A program made the position numbers and the translations under genes. From IMG/VR virus record IMGVR_UViG_3300027749_000049, positions 32,001 through 96,000 of that record: a stretch of DNA of 64,000 nucleotides; one strand, written 5' to 3'. Positions 30,259-39,873 of this stretch are shown here, in pieces (the first letter of the stretch is position 1; the number at the start of each line of letters is the position of its first letter). The notes under the pieces were generated by a model. That model did no database searches, was not told the DNA's origin, and was given only the letters and a program-made list of their open reading frames with translations. Source of the stretch: a virus.

Positions 30259-30810
30259 ATGAAAACTTTAATCTCAATATTATTTTTAAGTTTTGGAATC
30301 AATGCATTCTCACAAACTCCTCAGGAATTAGAATTAATTAGATTAACAAATATTGAAAGAGCTAAAGAAAATCTTAGTCCGGTAGTTTATTCAGCCCTGT
30401 TAGATTCGGCTGCTCAATTTCATAATAGATACCAGGTTGCAAAAGATAAAATTGATCATATTGAATATGAAATCCAACCTGGAGAAACTACAGAATACGT
30501 TGGGCCAATGCAACGTATTGAAAAATATAATTCAAAATGGCTTAATATTTTTACTGGAGCAGTTGGTGAAATTTGTGCTGGTCGTTTTGCAACAGATTCA
30601 CCAACTAAAATTACCGAAGACTCTGCGGTTCAGTTAATTTTTAGTCAATGGATGAATTCAGAAGGGCATAGAGCCATATTAATGACCCGTGACATTACTC
30701 ATATTGCCTTTGCCTTAACTGTAAAACAGAGCCCAATCCGTAAAAGTATCTTTGGCGAACTTAGTACTTGGTCCTTTTATGGAACCGGTTTAGTAGCTAA
30801 AACTTTTTAA
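30259..30810 (+). CDS. CAP/SCP domain protein with signal peptide
   Basis: LTNIERAK...LDSAAQFH...WMNSEGHRAILM. Confidence 0.85.
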   Translation: MKTLISILFLSFGINAFSQTPQELELIRLTNIERAKENLSPVVYSALLDSAAQFHNRYQVAKDKIDHIEYEIQPGETTEYVGPMQRIEKYNSKWLNIFTGAVGEICAGRFATDSPTKITEDSAVQLIFSQWMNSEGHRAILMTRDITHIAFALTVKQSPIRKSIFGELSTWSFYGTGLVAKTF

Positions 30811-32573
30811 AATTTAGGACAACCAACTGAGCTAGTTTTGCCTGGTGCTTTTGTACCAGTACTAGAGCCTAATCCTGGTATTCCCGGTAATTTAATAGTG
30901 GTAGATTCATCAGCCCATCCAATGCGTACGTCCCAATTAGAAGAAGAGGTTGCAATTGGCTCAGTTATTTGAGGTTGTATTGAGGTTTTAGTAAAGTCTA
31001 TTGCAAAATGACCAAATGCAAATCTGTATTTACCAAATTTATCTTCATAGTCCGCCTGTAATTTTGGATCATTTGCTCTATTCGCATATTGTTCTTTATT
31101 CCATTTAACGGCTGGATCACCATTATTTGGTAAAGTTTGACTATTTGCATCAGCTGGTTTAATTATTGCAGCATCAACTCCGGCTGTTGTAAATGCAGAG
31201 TTAAGCGCAGTTTTTAAAGAGGTTAATCGGTCAAGGGCAAGATCGATATTCTTTTGGGTTGTATAATCTTTTAAACTAGGTTTCTTAGTTGCTTTATCAT
31301 ACGAACTTGGTACAATACTGGTAGAAGATGTTCCCCAAACTCTAACTGCTGTAATTTTACCACCATCCTGTGTAATTACGTCTACTGCATTTTTAACTGC
31401 AGTATTTAATGCAGTTTGCATTTCTGGTTTAATATCGATTGAATCGTCTGGAAAATAATTAACTGACTTCTTAAGTCCGTCAGAATTCCAGTCTCCATTT
31501 GCTTCTGGAAAAGTTCCGTTTAGTGTTGTTGATACTGGGGCAGCTGGAGTAGCTGATGGCTGTACTGTAATTGCTGATCCCTTTGGTACAATTGATAAAT
31601 TAGTTGCAAGCTTAATTGCTTGATCAGCAGTAAGTTCAGGTGTTCCAGGCTTAGCGGATTTAGCAGCTTTTACAATGTGCTCTTTAACTTTTGCATCAAG
31701 CGCATCCATAATTATTTTCTTATTTTCAGGCGTCATTGTCTGGTTTGCACTAAAATATTGAGAAATTGTTGCTTGTGAACCAAGGGCAGAGGTTAGTGTC
31801 TGAATATTTGCTTTTACTCTATCAAGAGTTAATTCTGAAATGTCTGTGCCCCAGCGATGATTTGAAAAGCCAGTAACTTTACCAGTGGTTGATAAGGCAT
31901 TAGCATATCCTTTAAAATAGTCAGCAAATGAAACTTGTTTACCGTCCATTGTGTAAGAGCCGGCTAACGAAGCGGTTGGAATAAGCATAGTTGCGGCACT
32001 TTGATTAAGGTTGAAGCCTTTACCCTTAATTAATTTAATAAAATTTGAAATTTCAGTAGCAATACTGGCAGCATTTTTCCAACTGGTAATTAGATTAGAT
32101 AATGCAGTTTTTGCAGTAGTTCCTATGTTTGCAAATTTTTGGTCAGCTGGATTAATTGCTGAAATTGTAGCAGCTGCTGCCGGAATTGCATTAACTAATG
32201 ATTCAATATTTGAAATATAGTTATATTTTGATGCACCAGTTGTTGTTGTTTTACCACCAGCAATAAAGCCGCCTATCCAAAAATACATACTTTTAGCAGA
32301 ATTTGCTTTATCTTGGGCTGCAGCACCTCCAGTTTTTACTAAACTTTTCCATAGACTAAGATCAGCACCGCCGCGTTTCCACCATTCCGTTACTGACTTG
32401 TAATTAGGTAAGGCTTTTGTTGCTTCGTCATCGTTTGCAATTAATAGTTCGTAAAGTCCATTAAGGTCTTGATTCTTGGCCATTTGCTGAATAGTTGCTT
32501 GGTCAACCGCTTCATTTAGCGATAGTGATTCAAGTAGCCAATTAGTATAGCTTTTAATTATTTGATTCTTCAT
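30807..32573 (-). CDS. Large putative virion protein
   Basis: MKNQIIKSYTNWLLE leader; late-type promoter at 32603-32610; C-terminal region weakly OmpA-like (GTSS...NIDLALDR). Confidence 0.5.
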   Translation of the reverse strand: MKNQIIKSYTNWLLESLSLNEAVDQATIQQMAKNQDLNGLYELLIANDDEATKALPNYKSVTEWWKRGGADLSLWKSLVKTGGAAAQDKANSAKSMYFWIGGFIAGGKTTTTGASKYNYISNIESLVNAIPAAAATISAINPADQKFANIGTTAKTALSNLITSWKNAASIATEISNFIKLIKGKGFNLNQSAATMLIPTASLAGSYTMDGKQVSFADYFKGYANALSTTGKVTGFSNHRWGTDISELTLDRVKANIQTLTSALGSQATISQYFSANQTMTPENKKIIMDALDAKVKEHIVKAAKSAKPGTPELTADQAIKLATNLSIVPKGSAITVQPSATPAAPVSTTLNGTFPEANGDWNSDGLKKSVNYFPDDSIDIKPEMQTALNTAVKNAVDVITQDGGKITAVRVWGTSSTSIVPSSYDKATKKPSLKDYTTQKNIDLALDRLTSLKTALNSAFTTAGVDAAIIKPADANSQTLPNNGDPAVKWNKEQYANRANDPKLQADYEDKFGKYRFAFGHFAIDFTKTSIQPQITEPIATSSSNWDVRIGWADESTTIKLPGIPGLGSSTGTKAPGKTSSVGCPKF

Positions 32574-32638
32574 TATATTATAGAGTAATTATTTTCTAGA
32601 TATTATTTATCTTTTGTACTATTTGATACTTACTGGTT

Positions 32639-32965
32639 TTAGTCGGCAAGATCATTAACTATAATATATTCAAGCCAGCCCATATCGTATACAGTTTCAC
32701 CATTATATAGATCATCCATAAATCTAGACCATTCATCTTCAGTACGACGGTCAATGAATTTATCAATAATTTGGCCAGTTCTCTCTTTTAGTTTGCGAAT
32801 TGCGGCATTAATCTCAGGATCGCTACCCCATTCATCTAATACCTTTTGGTATCTTTTGTCAAACGACTCAGGCTCGACAATTCCCAATTCCCTAAGTCTT
32901 GCTAGGTTAGCCTCATTGTCTGATTCCTGGATCAAGTATTGCTTAAATAGTTTGATTTGTTTCAT
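32639..32965 (-). CDS. Putative packaged protein of the NLxRLxxLGI family
   Basis: MKQIKLFKQYLIQE...ANLARLRELGI. Confidence 0.65.
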   Translation of the reverse strand: MKQIKLFKQYLIQESDNEANLARLRELGIVEPESFDKRYQKVLDEWGSDPEINAAIRKLKERTGQIIDKFIDRRTEDEWSRFMDDLYNGETVYDMGWLEYIIVNDLAD

Positions 32966-33057
32966 TTTTAAAGAGATATTTTGATTATTTATCTAGGGTC
33001 GACCAATTTTAAAATGGATTAGGTACTTTAACTAAGTAATAATTTTAAATCAAAAAG

Positions 33058-33366
33058 ATGAAAAAGTCAACATCAAAAACAAAGTCTACTACCAAGGTAG
33101 CAGCAAAGGCAGTATCAACTCCAGTAGTTGCAACTGTTTCTCGTAGTACTAATAGCCGTAAAGGTGCTAGCTACAAAAAATTATCAATTCCACAAAAATT
33201 GGAAATCATCACAGGCCGTAAGCGTCGTGGAGATAACCAGGTAATTGCTGCTGAATTGAATGTGACCCCTACTTACGTAAGTGGAGTAGTAAACGGTCGT
33301 CACCAAAATACTAAAATTGTGAATCGTATGTACGATAAAGTACGCGGTCGCAAGGTAGTTGCATAA
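33058..33366 (+). CDS. Basic HTH DNA-binding protein with Lys/Ser/Thr-rich N-terminal tail
   Basis: IAAELNVTPTYVSGVVNG helix-turn-helix; MKKSTSKTKSTTKVAAK tail. Confidence 0.7.
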   Translation: MKKSTSKTKSTTKVAAKAVSTPVVATVSRSTNSRKGASYKKLSIPQKLEIITGRKRRGDNQVIAAELNVTPTYVSGVVNGRHQNTKIVNRMYDKVRGRKVVA

Positions 33367-33396
33367 GTTTAGCAACTTACAACAGTCTAAAGGGAA

Positions 33397-33675
33397 TCAG
33401 TTAATGGTTCCCTTTTTTGTGATTTGAACAGTTAGATCACCAGTGCCTTGCAGCAGTCGGTGCCATTCACCTTTTGGAATAATGACCGGTTTGGTTAGGA
33501 CAACTGGTAAACAGTTCTCAAATTGAATGAGCCAGTCAGTTTGGCCTAGTGATTCAACTACCCGATCTTCATCATCACGGTGCCAAGTAAGTTCTTCCCG
33601 ATCAAGGTCGGCACTGAATTTTCGGACTGAGATTTCACCAGTAATTTGGGTTTCTTGAAATGGAAGTTGCATCAT
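33397..33675 (-). CDS. Cupin-like small protein
   Basis: WHRD.EDR...IPKGEWHRL. Confidence 0.7.
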   Translation of the reverse strand: MMQLPFQETQITGEISVRKFSADLDREELTWHRDDEDRVVESLGQTDWLIQFENCLPVVLTKPVIIPKGEWHRLLQGTGDLTVQITKKGTIN

Positions 33676-33781
33676 TTATTACTTTTTACCAAGTTGGCGT
33701 TTTACTTCAGCTCTAACGCTTTCCATCTTTTTTGCATAAGCTGGATTCTTTTTACGGTTAAACACAACTTGTTGATTAATG

Positions 33782-34369
33782 CTACCAGAAACCTGGGTAA
33801 GTTTTGCCACCCCAAAGATGGGCATAGCGATTAATACGACAAGCCCAGTAACCTGCGCTCATGCGGTCCGTTTTAAGATGGCACTGGTGGCGAGCTGCAA
33901 AGCTTTTACGCGCAGCCGGATTACTAACCTTTGCAGTAAGTCCGCCGTGAACATCGCCAAATGCAATTTTCTTGACTTTACCCGTGGCCGGGTTCTTTAC
34001 GTAGACGTGATATTTCTTGGCTCCACCGCGTTGAGGTTTACCGATTTCTACGGTTTTACCGTGGTATTCGGCTTCAAAAATTGGAAAGTCGAGTAGGATA
34101 GTTGTGCCTTCAAATTGGGCAGTTAGGCCCAGGTCGGTATCCCTAAACAGGTCCTGATCTATACTAGACAGGCTAATTTCTCCAGCTTGCCAAACCCTTC
34201 GAGCCTCAACGATTAAGCGCTGATGGGCAAGACTGCCGGGTCTAAATACTGATTCGCAAACCGAGAGGCCGGCCACTAGGTGGTATTGCAGTGCCTCGTG
34301 TAGAGGAACCTTGTGCTCTGCTTTTTCTTGGTAGGCTTCAGTTATCCAAGCCTGGAATGGTTTCAACAT
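33782..34369 (-). CDS. Conserved phage protein (DUF6321-like C-terminus)
   Basis: KKYHVYVKNP..VKKIAFGD...ARKSFAARHQC...AGYWAC; MLKPFQAWITE leader. Confidence 0.65.
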   Translation of the reverse strand: MLKPFQAWITEAYQEKAEHKVPLHEALQYHLVAGLSVCESVFRPGSLAHQRLIVEARRVWQAGEISLSSIDQDLFRDTDLGLTAQFEGTTILLDFPIFEAEYHGKTVEIGKPQRGGAKKYHVYVKNPATGKVKKIAFGDVHGGLTAKVSNPAARKSFAARHQCHLKTDRMSAGYWACRINRYAHLWGGKTYPGFW

Positions 34370-34434
34370 TTTCTCTTTTTCTTTTTTCCGGCCCGCCCAA
34401 GGGGGTAACCTTGGCGGTGCAGGCACGCCCAATT

Positions 34435-34815
34435 TTATCTGCGGTTACCCAACCCATACTGCATTATTAACTGTACCCCATTTTCATTAAAGCCTAATTC
34501 GCGTAACCGTTTTGCAAACGGTGCAAATATTGTACCTAACTCTTCTGGTCGCTGGCGATGAATTTCAGAGGCGACTGCTTTTGCTCGGCGTATCAATTTT
34601 TCCGGGTCAGTAATTAATTTACTCATACTCACGGCTCGGCCCAATGGGTTTGACCCCGCAACCAGGTCCCTGGCACGGTCTAGATCCTTGATATGCGGGC
34701 GTTGACCATCAATTCGGCGGTCGGGTTGAACCTCTGCAATACCCAATTGGATAAGCCGGGCATAGTTAAGTTCAGTATTTTCAAATAGCTTAAATGAGGT
34801 TATGTAGTTTTTCAT
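34435..34815 (-). CDS. Putative packaged protein of the NLxRLxxLGI family
   Basis: MKNYITSFKLFE...LNYARLIQLGI. Confidence 0.65.
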   Translation of the reverse strand: MKNYITSFKLFENTELNYARLIQLGIAEVQPDRRIDGQRPHIKDLDRARDLVAGSNPLGRAVSMSKLITDPEKLIRRAKAVASEIHRQRPEELGTIFAPFAKRLRELGFNENGVQLIMQYGLGNRR

Positions 34816-34817
34816 AG

Positions 34818-35276
34818 TTATAGTTTATTTAATGGGGGTAGAAATTCGCCAGTTGCCACAAATCTCCAGATATTGTCGGTTGCTATCCATAAGACATCCG
34901 CATCGTGTTGGTAGGCTTCATCTAGTAACCATTCATCAACGATTTCAGTATCACCTTCACGACCATAAGCCTCCATGAAGCCTGGAATACTTTGTGGAAA
35001 ATCTACCCAAGAGTCTTCTTCAGCTTTGGATTGAGCCAGATCCGCCGGCCAATTTTCATAACGCTGCCAAATAACAAAAGGTTCTGGATTACCGTATAGT
35101 GGATTTTTAAGCCCAATATTTTCCCAACGTAAGCTTGCTTTAATAACCCTGAGCCCTTTCTCTGCGATACCCAATTGGTTAAGCCTAGCTAGATTTACCA
35201 GGTGCTGAGCCTCTGGTGAAAGACTTAAAGCCTCGGTTAGTGCAAACTTATGAAATTGATCAATATACTGTTTCAT
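34818..35276 (-). CDS. Putative packaged protein of the NLxRLxxLGI family
   Basis: MKQYIDQFHKFALTE...VNLARLNQLGI; late-type promoter at 35281-35288. Confidence 0.65.
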   Translation of the reverse strand: MKQYIDQFHKFALTEALSLSPEAQHLVNLARLNQLGIAEKGLRVIKASLRWENIGLKNPLYGNPEPFVIWQRYENWPADLAQSKAEEDSWVDFPQSIPGFMEAYGREGDTEIVDEWLLDEAYQHDADVLWIATDNIWRFVATGEFLPPLNKL

Positions 35277-35329
35277 GGTATTATTTATAGGAGCCCGCTC
35301 CACGATTTATTTAATCTATTAGCCTGTAT

Positions 35330-35900
35330 AAGCAGACCCCAACCCGGGGGAGAATTTGCTCCAGGTAGCGGGTGACCTCCCAAATGAGCCCAGCAAACCG
35401 GCCCGGGCCCGGGGAGAATTTCAGAATAGCTCTTGGGCACATTGGTATTGTCGGTGAATCCTGGTCCGTGGAGAAACCGGAAAAAAGTAAAGTGCTGCGG
35501 CCGGCCTCCAGGAGTACTTTTTTTATGTCAGCAAGGTCACTCCTGGGGCACCTCCCGGAGTCACCCCGGGCTGCTATATTGTGAGCCTGGGGCAGCTCCG
35601 GTAGTGACCTCCAGGGCAGCCTCCAGGGCATCTCCTGGGCCGGGAGTAGTTCACTTTTTGCTGCTCCCGGGACAGCTAGCCCGGTGGCAGGCCAGGAGCC
35701 GGCTGGCCAGTTGCTAGCTCGGTACCGAGCATGGAGCCTGCTCCTAGCTAGCCAAACTCCGGCCGGGCTTAGGCCTGTCCAGACCTGGCCTGCGCTAGAG
35801 ACCAGCCGAGCTTAGCCTAACCTGGGCCGGAATCGGTTGTACTGTACCCCGCCGAAATCGGTTAGACCCCGCCGAAAGTTAGTTAAGCTTAACCTAACCT
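35330..35900. other. GC-rich non-coding island with palindromes and short direct repeats at a strand switch
   Basis: Abrupt GC rise; GCTCGGTACCGAGC, GTTAAGCTTAAC, 2x CCCCGCCGAAA, 2x GGGGAGAATTT, 2x CCTCCAGGGCA. Confidence 0.75.
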
Positions 35901-36009
35901 GCTCTAGAGAAAAAAGCATTTAACTCCTTTAGCCTATGCATTTTTTTGGATCTAAACTTTGTGGTTGGATAGAGTATAAGATTTCTGTAAAATATAATTT
36001 AGGAAGAAG

Positions 36010-36321
36010 ATGTTATTACAAACCTTGGTTGCAGAATTTCTAAGAATTCTCGAGAAGTCTGGCCGGGACTGGCACCAAATAGCATGGGCAATTCGCGGTT
36101 TGGAATCTGAAGTCCGGGATTCAAGTCTCACGGCGGCGGATTGGTATCCGGAATTAGAAGAGTATTTAGGGAGCAGAGTTGTTGAAGCCTTGATCCTCGC
36201 AAGAGCCGAGGCAATAGACCGAGAAGAGTTTGAATGGGCGCATGAAATAACCCGCAGACTGGCAGAGTTAGGTTGGGAAAAATTTGAGGAAGAAGAATGT
36301 TACAGAGACCAAAGGATATAA
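36010..36321 (+). CDS. Hypothetical protein with UvrB/UvrC-like motif
   Basis: AEAIDREEFEWAHEI. Confidence 0.6.
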   Translation: MLLQTLVAEFLRILEKSGRDWHQIAWAIRGLESEVRDSSLTAADWYPELEEYLGSRVVEALILARAEAIDREEFEWAHEITRRLAELGWEKFEEEECYRDQRI

Positions 36322-36485
36322 TCGACCAGACTCTTGAGACCGCGCTAAAAAAACCAGGTCTAATTGACTGGAACTGGATCTTAGCAGATCTATTGGAGAA
36401 AAAGGTTGGGGTAGAAAAAAAGATTCTTTACCGCAGGGTTAAAGCCCTCCTAAAGTCTAGAAGAGAAGAACCTTGGTTATGGTAA
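36297..36485 (+). CDS. Hypothetical protein
   Basis: ORF in operon. Confidence 0.45.
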   Translation: MLQRPKDIIDQTLETALKKPGLIDWNWILADLLEKKVGVEKKILYRRVKALLKSRREEPWLW

Positions 36486-36521
36486 GATATACTTATACAG
36501 AAATATAAAATATAATACAAT

Positions 36522-36743
36522 ATGAAAAATAGAAAAGAACAGATTGTTCAGTTACTTGGAGCGCTCGCGATTGGATTTGCAGCCTCGGTAATAATGGCTT
36601 TTCCAGTTAAATGGCTCTGGAACTGGTTGATTCCAGAAATTTTTACAGGTGTTGCGCAGATTTCTGCACTGCAGGCTTGGGGTCTAGTATTCCTAATCCA
36701 ATTGTTGGTACCTAAATCCGGAAAAGACTTAACTAAGAAATAA
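36522..36743 (+). CDS. Small membrane protein
   Basis: WLWNWLIPEIF...ISALQAWGL with two TM segments. Confidence 0.7.
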   Translation: MKNRKEQIVQLLGALAIGFAASVIMAFPVKWLWNWLIPEIFTGVAQISALQAWGLVFLIQLLVPKSGKDLTKK

Positions 36744-36748
36744 TTGGT

Positions 36749-36979
36749 ATGGGAAAAGGCGGACGCAAAGGCGGAACAGAAGACAGGGTACAAGAAAAGA
36801 TTGACCGGACCCGAGGTCAAGACCGGGATTCAGATCCAGGATTTTGGCCCTATCTAAAAATGGTAGAAGACTGGGCTGGAAGACATAATTTTTCCTACAC
36901 CGAAGCCGAGGTCAAGCAGGCCTGGACAAGCGGCCAATGGGTAGAAGATTTTATTCTAGTTAAATGTAAACGTAGATAA
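36749..36979 (+). CDS. Hypothetical protein
   Basis: ORF in operon. Confidence 0.55.
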   Translation: MGKGGRKGGTEDRVQEKIDRTRGQDRDSDPGFWPYLKMVEDWAGRHNFSYTEAEVKQAWTSGQWVEDFILVKCKRR

Positions 36980-37155
36980 CTCTTAACCAAATCTTTTCTG
37001 AAAAGGTCCCTAACTATTTTTTAGTTGGGGACCTTTTTTCTTTAACGAGTTCCGCAAATTGTTAATAACTTTTTTCTAAAATAATTCACTAAAAATTTTT
37101 TAGTCTCAAATAGATTTGTTATATTTACTCTATCAACCAATCTAAAAAATCAACT

Positions 37156-37674
37156 ATGAGAAACCAATCAACTCCCCGTCCGAACCTCAACCCACTCGCT
37201 CTTCCAAAACTTGCCTTAGCGGGCAGAGCGGTGCTTACCTTTCGCAATCTTGCAGAAGGCAGCCACATGACAGTTAAAATCAAGCAGTTGCGCGACAAGC
37301 AAGATCGCAAGAAAATGCTGCCAATTTTCTACGTGTACATTTCTTTACTTAACGACGGTCGTACCGGCATGGATTTTGCAGGTACCCTGTTCGCGGAGGA
37401 TATGGGAACCAAACTTGGTCGCGGAGTTCAGCCGGACTCTCGCCTAGCCCGTGCTCTGGGCTGGATCGTAGCCGCAATCAAAAATCCTGAAATCTTACGC
37501 GGTCGAGTTGGACTCTTCCATGAAGGTAGATGTTGCAAATGCGGACTACCGCTTACCCATCCGGAATCTATCCACACCGCTCTTGGCCCAGTATGCTTGG
37601 AGAGAATGGTAGCCGCCGCACAAAGAGAAGAATTCAACATTGCCGAAATCTTTACACCGATCGAGTCTATTTAG
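37156..37674 (+). CDS. DUF6011-type zinc-finger protein
   Basis: CCKCGLPLTHPESIHTALGPVC. Confidence 0.75.
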   Translation: MRNQSTPRPNLNPLALPKLALAGRAVLTFRNLAEGSHMTVKIKQLRDKQDRKKMLPIFYVYISLLNDGRTGMDFAGTLFAEDMGTKLGRGVQPDSRLARALGWIVAAIKNPEILRGRVGLFHEGRCCKCGLPLTHPESIHTALGPVCLERMVAAAQREEFNIAEIFTPIESI

Positions 37675-37777
37675 ACTCGGCCGGCTCGGTCTCCCTAGTC
37701 CCAGTTGTTAATAACTTTATTTTTCCGTGTCAAAAATTATACTTATATTTGTATTAACCAATCTAAACCAACCAAAC

Positions 37778-37990
37778 ATGACAGAAGAACAATCGCTAAT
37801 TTTCAGCCAGGTGTTAGACACCAATTGGCAAGTTAAAGAACTAATGGACGCCAACAAATGGCTCGAGTCTTTTGAGAAAGTAAAAGAGTTAAATGCCTTA
37901 AAGCAGAAACTTAAAGAGTCAATGGGCGCGGCCGCGTACGATAAATTTATTACTACTGGCCAGAAAATGTTTGCCTCAAGTCAAGATTAA
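37778..37990 (+). CDS. Hypothetical early protein
   Basis: ATG 37778 directly after an early promoter cassette. Confidence 0.7.
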   Translation: MTEEQSLIFSQVLDTNWQVKELMDANKWLESFEKVKELNALKQKLKESMGAAAYDKFITTGQKMFASSQD

Positions 37991-38013
37991 TTAACCCTTA
38001 ACCAAACTTAACC

Positions 38014-38199
38014 ATGAAGAAGAAAATCAAATCATTTATCGAACGATTAGCCGGTCTTGACCAGACAGCCGGAACCCCAGTAAACTTGGAATTTGGCGGC
38101 GGTCCACGACTACAGAGCACAGTGTTACCGGATGAGACCCTAGGCTTCAACGAGTTTTGGGAAAGGGTATATAAGCTCAACGGTCAAAAGACTCCCTAG
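38014..38199 (+). CDS. Hypothetical early protein
   Basis: ORF with an A/C-rich leader. Confidence 0.55.
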   Translation: MKKKIKSFIERLAGLDQTAGTPVNLEFGGGPRLQSTVLPDETLGFNEFWERVYKLNGQKTP

Positions 38200-38251
38200 T
38201 CCCAGTGTTATACCTAATTAATTATTAATCAACCCATAAAACAAATCAACT

Positions 38252-38560
38252 ATGCAAGAATACAAATTAGAACTTGGAGAAGACGAATATCAAGTAACAC
38301 TTGAGTTTGGTAAATACCATGGAAACGGAAGAACTGCAATTACTGTTGTAGATGCAACGTTCGGTGAAGACCTTCTAGTAGCTACGGTAAATATACCGGA
38401 AGCAAGTTTGGAAGAAGGAGAAACTGTAATAAAAGATTATTCAGAGAACGAAGGAATCCTAAAGTTCTTAGTCGAGAATAAGATCGTTAGTAAACCAGTC
38501 AGAACCGTAAGCACAGGTTTTGTACAATGTCAGGTGGTTAAATTATTAATTAATCCTTAA
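38252..38560 (+). CDS. DUF4313-like protein
   Basis: Y.GNGRTAI...VATVNIP...IKDYSENEGILKFL. Confidence 0.6.
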   Translation: MQEYKLELGEDEYQVTLEFGKYHGNGRTAITVVDATFGEDLLVATVNIPEASLEEGETVIKDYSENEGILKFLVENKIVSKPVRTVSTGFVQCQVVKLLINP

Positions 38561-38564
38561 GCCT

Positions 38565-38936
38565 ATGAAGAGTATCAAAGTTCGATTTAATTTAGGAGCC
38601 GGTAAAAACTTTATGAAATGGAAGATTGAAAGACCGGACGGTAATGTATCATACCACTCGCCAAAGGAGGTTCAACTCGTAATGGCAGGTTGCGTGTTAA
38701 AAAATCAAAGGTCCACTGCACTTAAAATATTTCAAGGAGCAAATAAAACTGTCTGCTCTTGGATACTATGTGAGAGCATAGAAATTAGGGTACCAACGAT
38801 TTCAAAGATAAACGAACTAGATCGGGTTTCTTATAATCCAAGAGTAACACCCAATTGGATCTTTCAAGGTTCGGTTGCGGATGGAACCCGATTTAATAAT
38901 TTGGTAAGCTTAGATAATAAAGTTTATAATTGTTAA
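38565..38936 (+). CDS. Hypothetical phage protein
   Basis: 123 aa; VRFNLGAGKNFMKWK...VSYNPR. Confidence 0.7.
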   Translation: MKSIKVRFNLGAGKNFMKWKIERPDGNVSYHSPKEVQLVMAGCVLKNQRSTALKIFQGANKTVCSWILCESIEIRVPTISKINELDRVSYNPRVTPNWIFQGSVADGTRFNNLVSLDNKVYNC

Positions 38937-39006
38937 TAACTTTATTTTCAGGTCTCAAACCCTTTTGTTATATTTACAATCTAAACCCCTAAAAACCAAA
39001 CCAATC

Positions 39007-39252
39007 ATGGCAAAAAAAGAATTCACAGTAAAACAAGGGCTAGCAGTCCAAGCCGATAACATGGCGTTCTGGAAAAAACTCTTAAAGAAGAAACACTATG
39101 CAACATTAGAAGAAGTTGTTGCTACACGAAATAGAGAGATCAAAGCTCGAGACGGTTATGAGGTCTATCGCGGTTCAGATATAAGTTGCGCAGTGCAGAA
39201 CTTGTTCTATATTTCTGGAGAGTGTGACTCATTAATTCCAGTGGAAGACTAA
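39007..39252 (+). CDS. Hypothetical early protein
   Basis: ATG after a promoter cassette; terminator at 39276-39305. Confidence 0.65.
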   Translation: MAKKEFTVKQGLAVQADNMAFWKKLLKKKHYATLEEVVATRNREIKARDGYEVYRGSDISCAVQNLFYISGECDSLIPVED

Positions 39253-39487
39253 GGTACAAGTAATCCTACATTATAAAAAGCGCGGCCAGTCAGCTGCGCT
39301 TTTTTGGTATAGTATAATTATTATTAAAGACCAAAGAGATGAGACACGATAACCAGGGCAAGAGACCCGATCAACTAGACCTCTCTGCTAAATTAGCAAG
39401 TATAGCAGTAATAGGAATCTTAATTAGTGTAATTATTATTAAGATATTTGGGTAAGATAATATTATAACCAACTAGATATAAAGGAT

Positions 39488-39763
39488 ATGGAAGCACGGG
39501 ATTTAGAAAAGAAAAAGATTATTACAGACTTAACTGACTTGGCTCAAAGTCTAGTAATTGGCGGAATCCGTAAAGACCAGCCGGATATTTTAATGTTAGG
39601 CAAGACCTTGCTTGCAGCAATTGGAGCAGTAGAAACACCGGGCGGTGCAGACATTCTAGAAGGTGTACTTAGAGAAACAAGCAACCGGATAAGAGTAGAA
39701 CAAGAGCCGGATAAGGTGCTAAAAGATTTACTTAGTGGGCTAGGAATCTCAACTAATGGGTAA
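39488..39763 (+). CDS. Hypothetical protein
   Basis: 91 aa ORF. Confidence 0.6.
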   Translation: MEARDLEKKKIITDLTDLAQSLVIGGIRKDQPDILMLGKTLLAAIGAVETPGGADILEGVLRETSNRIRVEQEPDKVLKDLLSGLGISTNG

Positions 39764-39873
39764 TATAACTTTAAATAAGAAACTAAATTTGATTGGTTTG
39801 GTTGATCCAGGACTGGGAACCCTAACAGGTTCCCTTTCCAGGTATTAGGAGCCAAAGTTAAATACAAGATAAT

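Noticed and set aside
35311-35717. Three overlapping ORFs in the left GC-rich island
   Set aside because: Pro/Arg/Gly-rich translations in several frames are expected from stop-poor GC-rich DNA, and codon usage is unlike the rest of the window.
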